From: Balamuthia mandrillaris
Taxonomy: Eukaryota
NCBI GenBank assembly: GCA_031835245.2
Contig: JAVKOQ020000081.1
Span: forward strand, 124,001-188,000
Reading direction: 5' to 3'
DNA: 64,000 bases
Of this stretch, positions 11,249 through 22,907 are shown one piece after another. Numbering within the stretch: the stretch's first letter is position 1; each line of letters opens with the position of its first letter. The notes under the pieces are model-generated. The model had not been told where the DNA came from. It ran no database searches and saw only the letters and a list, made by a program, of their open reading frames with translations. The translations under genes were made by a program, and so were the position numbers.

Positions 11249-13640
11249 TCAAAAGATGTCAATTGAACGGAGAGTGGAAAGAGTTTGTCGTTGTTGTTGC
11301 GGTTTTGGTTGTCCTCCTTCTACGGTTTGCCAAACGGGGAAGCCAGGCATGGAGGGCGACCAACGCCCTGGCATCGTGAAGACCAACGGCGGCATCATCG
11401 GCTCCAAGCTGACTTTCAAGTGATCCACCTCTCCGTTATCATTGTACCCGAATTGTACGGTCGTGTTGATCCCTTCCAGAAGGATGTCGGCTTGCAGAAG
11501 CACTTCAAAGCGAGAGCCAGCCCTTCGTTGCGTGGTGTTGCCTTGCAGCAAGCCGTAGCGAATGGCCAGAGCATCACCATTGTCTGTGGAGGCGAGAGAC
11601 ACAGAAATGTTGCCGAGACCAGGATTCACAAACGTGCCAACAAACTCTTTCAGATCTTCTCCTTGAAATGAAGAAGAAGAAGAAAGCGAAGTTTGTTTCT
11701 TTGGAACTGTGGTTGAGGATGATGTTGACTCGGAGCGGTTGGAAGGACAAGTTCCAAAGAAAGCACAAGGAAAGTTACAAGCGTTGCTGACGTTCAACCA
11801 CGGTTGGAAGCCTAAAGCGGTGTCCATGGCATAGAGGAAGATAGGAAGGAGGGTTGTCGTGGAGATGCCTTCCACGTTGCTGAGAATGGTGATGCCAATG
11901 TCGTCGTCGGGAGAGAAGCCGACAAAGGTCGTGTGGCCCAAGGTACCTCCGTTGTGCCAAAGGATGGTTCTTCCTCTGTTTTTTGTATTGTTGTGTAAAT
12001 AAATATAACAACGAACGAAAGGAGAAGAGAGAGGAAAGGAAGCACAGAAAAAAAACTCACCGGTAAGCACAACGCACCCACGCCAAGGAGTAGGCGGTGC
12101 AATGGAAGCCAACGGGGAAGGTGGGCTCTGTGTAGCTCGGTTGATCTTTCTCCTGCGGAAGCACCATATGTGGGGCATGCGTATATGCCAAACTCTGTTC
12201 GTTTAGAATCTGTTGTCCGTTTGTTTGGCTTCAGTTGTTGGCGTTCTAAAGGAGGGTGATAACGGGGAGAGAAGAGAGGAAGAGAAGCAAGAGCGCGAGG
12301 GCGAGAAGGAAAGAGGAAACGAAGGAGAAGAACAAAGAACAAGAACGAGGACGTACGCTCTGTCCATTCAAGTTCTTTCCTCCAGAATAATGAAAGTGCA
12401 TCCACTTGGCCATGTCCACCACGTTCGAGATCAGACATCCAGCCGGACAAATGGGGAGCAACACTCGATTGGCCATCGGTGGGTACGCCTTCACGACTTT
12501 CCTCTTCCTCTCCACATCCTCGACCACTCCATGAGGCATTCCATAGTTGCCCGAGGCAATGGCTTCCTTCAAGTCAGCCGTCGTGTGGACCATTCCCAAC
12601 TTCTCCAGGATTCTGCTCTCCACCTGCTTCTGCCACAGGATGCTTGTATCGTTCTCGTTGTCAACGAGGTGATTGTCGTCATGGTCCAGCAGCACTCCCA
12701 AATGGCCGGCGAGCAGGTAGAGAAGGTTGTTGTATTGAAAGGTGGTGCGGAGCTGGAAGGCGGGGACGAGGAAAGGAAGGCCCGAGAGGATGGCTTGGCT
12801 GGAGGCGTGGCCTTCGGCAAAGGCAACCATGTCGTATCGAGGAAGGCCTACTCTGTGAGCCGTCAGGTCTACGGCGTTTACCTTGTTTATTTCAATGATG
12901 ATGAGAAAGATAAGGAAGTAAGAGAAAGAGCGGAGACGAAGAACAACGAGAGGAGTAGAAAGATAGAGAATACCAGTTGAGTGGTAGTGGGAGAGTAGAG
13001 ACGGAAGGAAGGGATATAGTCAACGATCGGCTTGTCCCATTCCAGCTTGCCTTCACTTTGCAGCATTGCCTATATCATGTTTGGCTTATGTTAAACGCAG
13101 AGAGAAGAAGAAGAAGAAGAAGAAGAAGAAGAAGAAGAAGAAGAAGAAGAAGAAGAACAAGAAGAAGAAGAAGAAGAAGAAGAAGAAAAAGAAGAAGAAC
13201 AAGAACAACAACAAGAAGCAGAAGAAGAATAACAACAGAAGCAGAAGAAAATATACCAGGATAGTTGTAGTGAAGGCTTTGGAGGTACTTCCAATATTGA
13301 ACAGCGTATCAGCTTGAACAGGTTTGCCTTGATCGTCCCGCTTGCCAAAACCTTCCGCGAACTGAAGCTTGCCCTTTTGGATCAGGGAGAGGGCCAAACC
13401 GGGGACGGGAGTTGCCGAGGCGGAACAGTTCATCATGCCTTCGATGAAATGTTTGAGAGCTTCATAGGATCGGATAGAAGCAGCTTCTTTTAGAGGAGAA
13501 AAAGAAGCGGAAGGAGGAAGAGGAGAGGAAGGAAGCGGAGAAAATGATGAAGTAGAAAGATCCGAAAGAAGAGAATGAGAAAGAGCGGAAGAGAGGAAGA
13601 AGATGGAAAGCAGAAGAAGAGTGAGCAAAGCAGAAGACAT
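11249..13640 (-). CDS. Secreted beta-lactamase/AmpC-fold serine hydrolase with DUF3471-like C-terminal domain, multi-exon
   Basis: Signal peptide MSSALLTLLLLSIFFLSSALS; SxxK (FNIGSTSKAF), YxN (FQYNNLLY) and HxG (WHNGGTLG) motifs; C-terminal FVGTFVNPGLG. Confidence 0.88.
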
Positions 13641-14358
13641 GGGCCGTAGTGCGTTTGAAACGTGTGAGGTTCACAAAGTTAAAAGAAGAAAAGCAACATT
13701 AAGAACGTTGAACGTTGAGAATGTTAGCGGAGCTATATTAATAATGAAAAAGAAAAAAAAAAGGCAAAAGGACGAGGAATGTAGAACCTCTCCGCCTTCA
13801 TTTCCGCTCTAGGATAAGCTCGAACGCAAGGGAGAGAGCAAGGACTGACGCAGTTGGGTTCCACACCGTACAGAGCCCCTGAGCTGCAAGAAGAGACGCA
13901 AGAGTGAAGGCGACACGAGGAAGAGTACAAATACCAAGCATTTTAATAATCGATATGGACAATATCCGACGATAATAATTACAAATTTTCGACATAAAAT
14001 TCCAAAATGTCCGGGACGACATGGTATCACAACGATTATTGTTCTTTTTTTTCCGATAATCGAATGTATGAAGAACGCGCAATGGTCTGGTTCGAAAGTG
14101 GTCCTTGTCGACACCAATTTTTCCCGCTGAAAGTTGCGGGGAAGCGGAGGGTCATTTTTGCTGCACTTTTTTACCTTGCCATTTCTTTCCAGTCATATAT
14201 TGACCGATCTGTTTTATTGGTCGGTCAATATATGCAATAATCAAGGTGAACCGACGGTTTTCTTTTTCTTTAATAACAAACACCCGAAAAGAGAAAGCAC
14301 GAATAGAGGGTCTTTCAACGACAACAACAAACGAAGGAGGAAGGACAGACACACAACC

Positions 14359-17300
14359 ATGGAAGAAGAGACAGCCACCAGGGAGGAACTCCTAAAGTTA
14401 CTCCAGGAGGAAAGAGAGCAATCCGCGGCTCTCCAAGAGGTATGAAGTCCTTTTTCAAATATTTCTAAACATTTTTCTTCACCCGAACAAACAAAAAAAA
14501 CGAAAACTAAAACGAAATGTTTAGGAACTCAATGAAACGAGAAAGAAACTCTCGATAGCTCGCGAGAGAGCCGACAAAGGCTTCGAACGGGCCGAAAAGT
14601 TGGAAGCCGAACTTTTGGAAGAGCTCGAGAAGAGCCAGCAATGGGACAAGGTATTGGCCGCCCAAACGGCGGAGATGGAGCAGCTCGAGGCGCTGTTGGA
14701 GAGCCAGGAGGAGAGGGAGAGGGAGAAGGAGAAGGAGAGGGAGAACTGGCAAAATGTCGTGCAGCAGCTGAAGGAGGAGAACGAGTCCCTGAAGCAGGAG
14801 CTGGCGGCGGTGCTGAAGGCCAGCCTGGGAGCGTCGCCGCGATTGGGAGAGCAGGAAGTGGATAAGAAGGAAAAGAGGGAGGAGGAAGGAGTCACAGAGA
14901 ATGGAATCGGAAGAGAGGACGAGTCGAGCAGCAGCAGTGATGAGGAAGAAGAGAAAGGAGAGGAGGAGAAGAAACAAAAAGACGACGAGTCGAGCAGCAG
15001 CAGTGATGAAGAAGACAAAGCAGCAGCAAAGAACGACGAAGGAGAGGAAGCGAAGAAAGAAGAACAAGAGGAGGAAGAGCAGGAAGAAGAAAAAGAAGCA
15101 GAGTCTAGCAGCAGCGATGAGGAAGAAGCCGCCAAGGAAGAAGATGAAGAAGTTAAGGAAGTGGCGAAGAATGAGGAAGAAGAGGCAGAACAGGAAGAAG
15201 AGAAGAAAGAGGAAGCAAAAGAAGCGGACTCCAGCAGCACTGAGGAGGAAGAGGAACAAAAAGACGAACCACAAGCAGAGGCCGGAGAAACGGAGGCGGT
15301 GGAACAAGAAGAAGAGTCGAAGGTTACCGAAGAAAACGAAAATAAAGCCGTCGGCTTGGAAAACTTTTACAACGAGTCCGATGAAGAAAAGGAAGAAAAA
15401 GAAGAAGAAACAAGACAGAAGGAAGATGAACACCAAGAAAAGTCTAGCAGTAGCAGCAGCGATGAGGAAGAAGACGACAAGAAGGAAGATGAAGAAGTTA
15501 AGGAACAAGAGGAAGAAAAGAAAGAAACCGATCACGTGCAAGAAAGCATTGAAGAGCAACACGTAGAAGGAGAAGCGGAAGTACCCAAGGAAGAAGACGA
15601 GGAAAGCGACTCATCAGACAGCGAAACGGAAGAGGTCGCCCAACAAACGCTCTTCTCTCCTGATGCCGAAGAAGAGCCCACTAGAGACGAGCACCAGCAA
15701 GAACAAGAGTTGGAAGCAGAGGAAAAGGAGAAGCAGGCGGAGAGAGTTGACCAAGAAGAAGAAGAAGAAAGAAAAGAGGAAGAAGAGCAAGAGGTACAAG
15801 AGCGAGAATCGGATTCTTCTTCTGATTCGGGTTCAGAGTCAGAGAAAGAACCTGAACAAGAGCAAGAACAACAGCAAGAGCAACAACTAGCGTTGGAGAA
15901 AGAACAAGAAGAGTTAAAACCGGAACAAGAGAAAGAACAAGAACTGAAGGATGAAGTAGAAGAAGAACAAGAGAGAAAAGAACAAGAAGAAAAGGAACAA
16001 GAGAAAGAGGGAGAGTCGGATTCCTCTTCTGATTCAGAGTCCGAGAAAGAACCTGAACAAGAGCAACAGCAACAGCAAGAGCAACAACTAGCGTTGGAGA
16101 AAGAGGCTCAAGAGGAGCCAACACATGAAGATGAACAAAAAAGTAAAGAAGGGCAAGTATCGGATTCTTCCTCAGATTCTGAATCCGAAAAAGAGGCAGA
16201 AGAACAACAACAGGAAGAGCAAACACAAGAAGTACAAACGCAAGAACAGGAAGAGAAAGAACAAGAAGCGCCAACACAAGAAGAAGAGCATCCTGAACGT
16301 AAAGAGGAGGAACAAGAGAAGGAAAAAGAATCAGATTCTTCCTCAGAATCCGAATCAGAAAAAGAGGAAGAAAAACAACAAGAAGAACAAGAAGAGCAAA
16401 TACAAGAAGAGAAAATACAAGAAGAACAACCACAGGAGGAGCAAGAACAAGAAGTACCAACACAAGAAGATGAGCATCCCGAACATAACGAGGAGGAACA
16501 AGAGAAAGAGCAAGGATCAGATTCTTCTTCAGATTCCGATTCAGAGAAAGAGATAGAACAACAACCAGACGAACCACAAGAAGAGCAAACACAGGAAAAG
16601 GAGGAAGAACAAGAAGAACAAGAGAAGGAGCAAGAATCAGATTCTTCTTCAGATTCGGAAGCAGAAAGAGAGGATGAACAACAACAGGAAGAGAAACAAG
16701 AAGCACAAACGCAAGGTGAAGAAGAAAAAGAAAGAGAACAAGAAGAAAGCAAAGAGGAACATAAAGAAGAGGAACAAGAACAAGAGAATGAATCAGATTC
16801 TTCTTCAGCCTCGGAATCCGAAAAGGAGGAACACCAACAAGAAACACAACAGCAAAGGCAAGAAGAAGAAGAAGTAACTGAAGAGGAAGAAGAAAAAGAA
16901 CCCGAGGAACGTAAAGAGGAGGAACAAGAGAAAGAGCAAGACTCAGAATCTTCTTCCGATTCGGATTCAGAGAAAGAATTCAGACAAGAAGAAGAACAAC
17001 ATTTGAACGCACAAGGGAAAGAAGAACAAAAAGAAGAAGAGGTTGAGCAAACAGAACCACAACAAGAACAAGAAGAAATAACTGAGGTGCAGGAACACAA
17101 ACCAGAACGCGAACAGGAAGTGCAACAAGAACAAGAAGACATAACTGAGGTGCAGGAACACAAACCAGAACGCGAACAGGAACCTGAACAAGCACCAGAA
17201 CAGGAAGCAGAGTCAGAGTCAGAGTCGGAGTCGGAATCGGAGTCAGAGGAGCAAGAAGCTAAACAAGGAGAGGGACAAGCTGAAGAACACCAACCAGAAC

Positions 17301-18534
17301 CAGAACCAGAACGCGAACCTGAGCAAGAATCAGAACAACAAAAACAAGAGCAACAGCAAGAGTCAGAATCTGAGTCAGAGTCTGAGTCCGAGCAAGAAGA
17401 AGAGAAACAGGAAGAGCAAGAGCAAGCAGCACATGAACAAGAACCAGAACCAGAAGAGGAAACAATAGCTCACGCTATTGAAAAGGAAGCACCGCCTCAA
17501 GTGGAAGAGAACGAAGACGAAGAGAAGGATGATACACAAGAAGAGGAAGAGGAAGAATCGTCGTCATCCTCCGACGAAAGCGAGTCAGAAAAAGATGACG
17601 AAGAAGAGAAAGAGAAACGAGAAGAAGAGCAACCAAACAAGCAAGCTCAGAGCAACGAGTCCCTTTCCGTGCGAGACAAAATTAGATCCTTCGACAACAA
17701 TGCAAGCAGCGAAAACATAATCGAAAGAGAAAGTCAAGGAACAGACTCTGAGAACGAGGACTATGCGTACCAAGCCACCATCTCCAGAAGAATGAAAGAC
17801 AATCTCTCCGCCGAGCAAGAGGTCAGGCAGTGGATTGAAGCCATCACGGGAGAGTCGCCTCAACCTTCTCAGTCCCTTGGCGATTGGTTGAGCTCCGGCG
17901 TTGTGCTTTGCCAGTACGTGCCACTTCTTTTATATTCTTGGTTCTCTGGGTGTTCATTCTAATACTTTTTAAAAAGGTTGTTGAACGGCATCGCTCCAGG
18001 AACCGTTCGCCGGATCAACAAGATGAAGATGCCTTTTGTCCAAAGGGTACCGTTCCGCTTCTTCTCTGCTTACACTTTTATTGCTTCTTACTTTTGTAAT
18101 ATGTGTTCTTCTAACTCTCTCTCTCTCTCTCACTCGCTCTCTGGAACAGGAAAACATATCCCAATTCTTGGAAGGTTGCAGAGCGTTAGGCGTTCCCGAC
18201 TACGACCACTTCCACTTGAACGACCTTTACGAGCAGAAGAACATGCCAAGAGTACGTTCCTAGCTTTGTTTTTTTGTCCAAGTTCGTTCTTTATTTCTCA
18301 TTCTATATAACAGGTTATATCCACTATTCGCTCACTTGGTAGAGCTTGTTGGAATGTGACGTCCTTCAACGGGCCTCATCTTGTTCCTAAGCCGGTAATG
18401 TTTCCTTCCCATTCTCTCTCTCTCTCTCTCTCTCTCTCATGGTTTCCTTTGGACTGTAACTAACTGTTTGCTATCAACTTCTGCAGTCGACTTCTCGCGT
18501 TCGGAGGGAAGTTTCGTATTCCAACTTTAACTAA
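14359..18534 (+). CDS. Very large Glu/Gln/Ser-rich repeat protein with N-terminal coiled coil and C-terminal calponin-homology domain
   Basis: First exon MEEETATREELLKLLQEE and a 3.4-kb second exon. CH domain EVRQWIEAITGE...LSSGVVLC/LLNGIAPG...INKMKMPFVQR/ENISQFLEGCRALGV...DLYEQKNMPR is split over short exons. Confidence 0.85.
15805..16980 (+). repeat. Eight coding repeat units with core (E/V/G)SDSSSDSESEKE, spaced about 120-210 nt apart
   Basis: Recurrent gattcttcttcagattc-type cores near 15805, 16012, 16160, 16328, 16515, 16633, 16789 and 16939. Confidence 0.8.
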
Positions 18535-18617
18535 AGTCCCTTTCCAAACGCCCACAAAAGTAAACCATTGTCTTGTACTTTATGTTTGTTTTAAACTGTT
18601 TTTTTAAGCATAATACT

Positions 18618-20075
18618 TTACAATCTACTTTCTTTTTTCTTTATCATTCTTTCTTCTTCTTCATCACCGTATGCAAAAGGACCTTGCTTACAAAGAAGTC
18701 GAACGAGGTACTCCAAATATCCATCCAAGTCCTTCCATTTGGTCGCACATCTCACCACATTCTTTGCTTCCTCCATCATTGCATCCTCTTCTTCTTTACA
18801 AACAACTTTGGTAAAGCCCATGTCATCAACATACAAACGAGAGTTTTCCATCTCCAGAAACGCCTCGCTAAAGCACAACAACACGGCGACCGTGTCGAAC
18901 AAGATGGAGCTCTGTCGCAGAAACTCATCCTCTTCAAAGTGGTATCTCTTTCTTACGTGTTCGTTGTTGCTGTCTCTTAGCCAAACTTTATACTGTTCCA
19001 ACAACAGCTGTAACACTTGTTTGTTTCTGTCTCCTTCTCCTTCGTCTTCTTTTGTTAGTTGTTCGTTTGAACGATGAAGCAAAGATGAGAAGATGCGTTG
19101 GTATAGTTCTCCTTTCAAACGAACGTGAGAGCAAGTGTCTAACGGAGTGATGGTCATGCTTCTCCATCGATGATGATTGAAAACCTGTTTGCTCTCTTCC
19201 AACGCTTTGACGACGTTGTACTCTGGAAGCACGACGTCAGAGGTAGACGACGAAGAAGGAGACAATGAAGCAGATGAAGATGGAAAGAGATGGCCAAACA
19301 TGCCGACAAAGTTGATCCTTTCGCTCATGCGAGGATCACGGCGCAGTGCCTCGGCTATGTTGGTGCATGGTCCTATGCAGAGCAATGTTAGAGGTTCCTT
19401 GTTAGAGCATTCATGCTCTTTTACAATCTCCAGGAAGGCTTCGATCTAAGAAAGAAGTCAGAAAAGAGCAACAGGAAAGAAAGAAGAACGAAGAACGAAA
19501 AACGAAGAACGAAAGAAGAAGGACGGAAGAATAACGCAGAAGAAGGAGAGGAGGGAAGTTTAAATAAGAAGGAAAGAAGCCAGAAGAAGAAAAGGAAGGA
19601 GAAGACAAACGCCATCATGATATAAAATTCCGCCATGAGCCACAAAGTCTCTTTCAAGGTCAAAGTCTTGCACAGCGGCTCGTATGCGTTCTCCTCTTTC
19701 ATGCTGCTGAACATTGTCTGCTTTCTTTCCTTTTGTGCCACTAAGAAAAAAGCAACCAGAGGAAAAGACTGAGAGGAGAAGAAGCGAAAACGAACCGATG
19801 CCAATCGGAACATCAAGTCTGCCAGCACTCTTGAGCACTTGTGCAACGAGCTTTGCGCGGTACTCAGTGTTTCCAAACGTCGTCAAGATCAGTTTCAAAT
19901 CGATCAACGGTAAACGAGGAGAAGAAGCACCACGCGCGTTGACCGAATGCAACCGCGCTTCCGTCAAGTTGAGCAACATTATGAGAGCCCATGTGTCATC
20001 AATATCAGTGCCTATATCGGTGTCCAGTACAACGCTTATGGGCCATTCGTTTGGAAGCCGAACTGGAATGTTCAT
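18618..20075 (-). CDS. Inosine/uridine-preferring nucleoside hydrolase, multi-exon
   Basis: VLDTDIGTDIDDTWAL signature; LCIGPCTNIAEAL; PEYNV; ITPLD; LFDTVAV. Confidence 0.9.
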
Positions 20076-20233
20076 CTTTCTCTTCTTTTTTCGGTTCAAC
20101 AAGAGATCGTTTCTTATTAATGGGCCAATCACTTTGATTTCTCTTTCAGGTTTATGATTTTCTATTGGATAGATCTTGGGTGAAATTACGTCACTTGGTC
20201 AGTAACGCTGCGTTCTTCCTATGCTATGTAAAG

Positions 20234-21681
20234 TTATTTGTTGTGTCGAACGAGAGTGGCAGCCAAGACGCCACCTATCGCCAACGAGTAGAGTGTAACA
20301 AGGATGAACCACACCAACACTTGCTTGACTCGGCCAGAGGAATAGAAGTAGAAGAGCAGGTGAAAGGAATTCATCATGATCCAGGTTAGAAAGGGCGCCA
20401 GCCAATAGATCTCAGCCAGGTCTTGGTCGTGGATGAGGAACAGCTTCAAGGCGAATGGAAAGAGGGCCACGAAGAAGCAGTGGTTGTGGTTCAGCCAGAA
20501 GGTGGTCGTGTCGTTGATGACAAGAGGAGTTGTTTTGGAAGAGGTGGCAGAAAGCTCATGATACTCGTCAAATCTGCTGTTGAGAAGAAAGTGATTGTGA
20601 AGCCACCATTGAAAGCCCAATACAACAAACGTGACAAAGTGTCCAACAAAACTCCTCCATTCACTTTGCACAAACTGTTTTCCAAACATTAACATAGAAT
20701 AAGTAAAACAAACAAAAAGAAACTGAAAAACAACGACAGTAACAAACCTTATAAACATCCTCTTGTTGTTCAAAGCTCAACGGATAGGTAACGTCCACAA
20801 TAAGCAATGTCATGGCAACCGCGTACACTCCATCGGTGAATGCCTCCATCCGTTCCTTGGGGTACCCCTCCAACTTGGTCTTCTTCGCCGCCCGCATAGC
20901 GCCGAACCGTCCCGACAAGATCTGAAGCGCTTGCAACGTCATCACCAAGCCAAAGTAGGTAAACACCCCAAAGACGGGGCGAAGCACGGCCGCCAAGACC
21001 AGCACGAGGATGGTGGAGAGGCGGAGCAGCAACTCCACCACCATTTTTTGTCGACCCAACTCGTGCGCGACACGAGTGGTCACCATAGCAACCACTAACA
21101 AGAGAAGGTTGCTAAGCGACAGTGTCGACATGATTCCCGAATAGAAATAAATGGCCGTCGGCTCTTTGGTGGAGGCCAGGAGGCTCTGCGTGGCAAAGGA
21201 GGCCAGGCAAAGGATGGAGAGATGCAGGAGGCCAAAGAGCACGACGAGGGGCTGCCTGCCGTCCAGCCAGTGGAAGCTCAGCCGGTTCTCCCGCATGATG
21301 CGGCCGATGACGGTGAAGCCCAGGAAGAGCGCCACCATGAGGATGATGAGCTGAAAGGCTTGCTCGCGGGGGCTGGGATAGAGCTCTTGGTGGACGCTCT
21401 TGACGTGGTCCATCAGCGGAAGCAAAGAGATCGTTGCGACGACTCCGCTCACAGCATCTTTTTTTCAAAAAATAAATAAATATCACAACAAAAAAAGATG
21501 AAGCGGAGAAAAAATAAGTATTTTTGCCTGTCATAAGCTCGAGGCGAGACACCTCTTTTTCGGCGTAAAGTTCAGCATCCTCACGGTGAGAAAGGGCGCG
21601 TTCTTCCAAAGGCAGGGCAGGTTGTTGCCCCAACAGTAACGCTTCCTCCTCTTCCTCCTCCCTGCTCGTGTTGATCTTCAT
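20234..21681 (-). CDS. TMEM175: TMEM175-family endolysosomal K+/H+ channel (two-repeat eukaryotic type)
   Basis: Repeat 2 RMEAFTDGVYAVAMTLLIVDV; repeat 1 RLELMTDAVSGVVATISLL after splicing; many hydrophobic helices; W..H motif; N-terminal acidic dileucine EEEEALLL. Confidence 0.85.
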
Positions 21682-21828
21682 GGCGTGCAGCTACTTTTAA
21701 TTAACAAGCCACCAATCAAAAATCAAAAAATCCCCCGAACGGTCGACAAAAACAGTTTCATTCGCCGTTTTCATCCATTTTTGGATAAAACCAACGGATT
21801 ACACAAAAAAAAGTAGCAGAAAGCAAGA

Positions 21829-22447
21829 ATGCAGCCAGCAGCAGTAACACGACACTACACCAATGTGTGGGGGGTGTATGAGATGGGCAGCAGGGGCAAG
21901 GCGAAGGTCCTGCGCAGGCTGAAGAGCATGCAGGAAGCCAACGAGGCTGCCAGGGAGGAGTTCAGCCTGCTGCCCCCAAGAAGGCATGGACGAGGAGGAC
22001 GAGATCGATGAGCCAGACAGGCCCTACTACAAGTTTGCCTGCCTGGGCTACGGCGCCTCCTGCATCACCATCTTCGTGGAGGAATTGCGGCTGGACGAGC
22101 TGACGGTGGAGGACCTCAAGGAGATGTGCAGGGACCATGGCTTGTCCCCCAGTGGCACCAAAGCGGTTCTCACCGATAGGTGCAGAGCCATTGTGGAGCA
22201 GAATAAGAAGCAAGAGGAAAACCAGAAGAAAGAAACTGAGGGCGAGGAGGAGGAAGAGAAAAAGGAAGAAGAGGAGGAGGAGGAAGAAAAAAAAGAGCAG
22301 AAAGGGACGAAAGGAGAAGACGAAGCCAACAAGGAAGCTTTTACAACGCTTGGGGTTAGGAAGGCAGAGGACAAGAAGGATAGCAAGGAGGAGGAAGAGG
22401 AGAGCAAGAAACAAGAACCAGCGCAGAAAAAGGCGCGAAACCAGTGA
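21829..22447 (+). CDS. Small SAP-domain protein with charged tail; apparent one-base frameshift near 21979
   Basis: LDELTVEDLKEMCRDHGLSPSGTKAVLTDRC fits the SAP consensus. The upstream GC-rich ORF 21829-22011 joins it with a one-base shift. Confidence 0.65.
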
Positions 22448-22907
22448 GAGCATCATAACGACACCTTGCATTTGTTGCTTGCACTCACTCCAGTGGAGCT
22501 TTCACACGCAAAGAAAAGTGAAAAAGCGTGCTTCTTTTAAAATACAGAAGAAGACGAAAGCAGAAAGAGGCAAATAAAAAAAGAGCTCTTGGCGTTTGTT
22601 GTGCCGCTAAGATATCTTTCGAAGACAAGCCATGTTCTTTGCAGCAGCTGCGGTTTGTTCCGTCACTTGCTTAAGAACCAACTTTCTTTGGAGGCAAAGT
22701 CGAAACTAAAGTTGTTCTTTTGTTCTGCTTCTAACCTTCTGTTTCGCTCTTGCTCTCTCTCTCTCTCCCTCTCTCTCTCGCGTTTCTCACCCTCGTAAGA
22801 CTAACTCATGAGCACACCTTCCTTTTGTTTTGCATTCTCTTTGGTTGCTATTCTTGCCATAGGGCTTGAAAAAAGCAAGAAGAATGGAGAAAGCTATAGC
22901 ATCTTAC

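Noticed and set aside
15805..16980. Regularly spaced repeats resembling a CRISPR array
   Set aside because: The units are in-frame degenerate coding repeats in a eukaryotic exon, the spacers are related to each other, and there are no cas genes.
14507..17465. Long antisense and alternative-frame ORFs (poly-F/L/S/C/K)
   Set aside because: Shadows of the low-complexity acidic exon.
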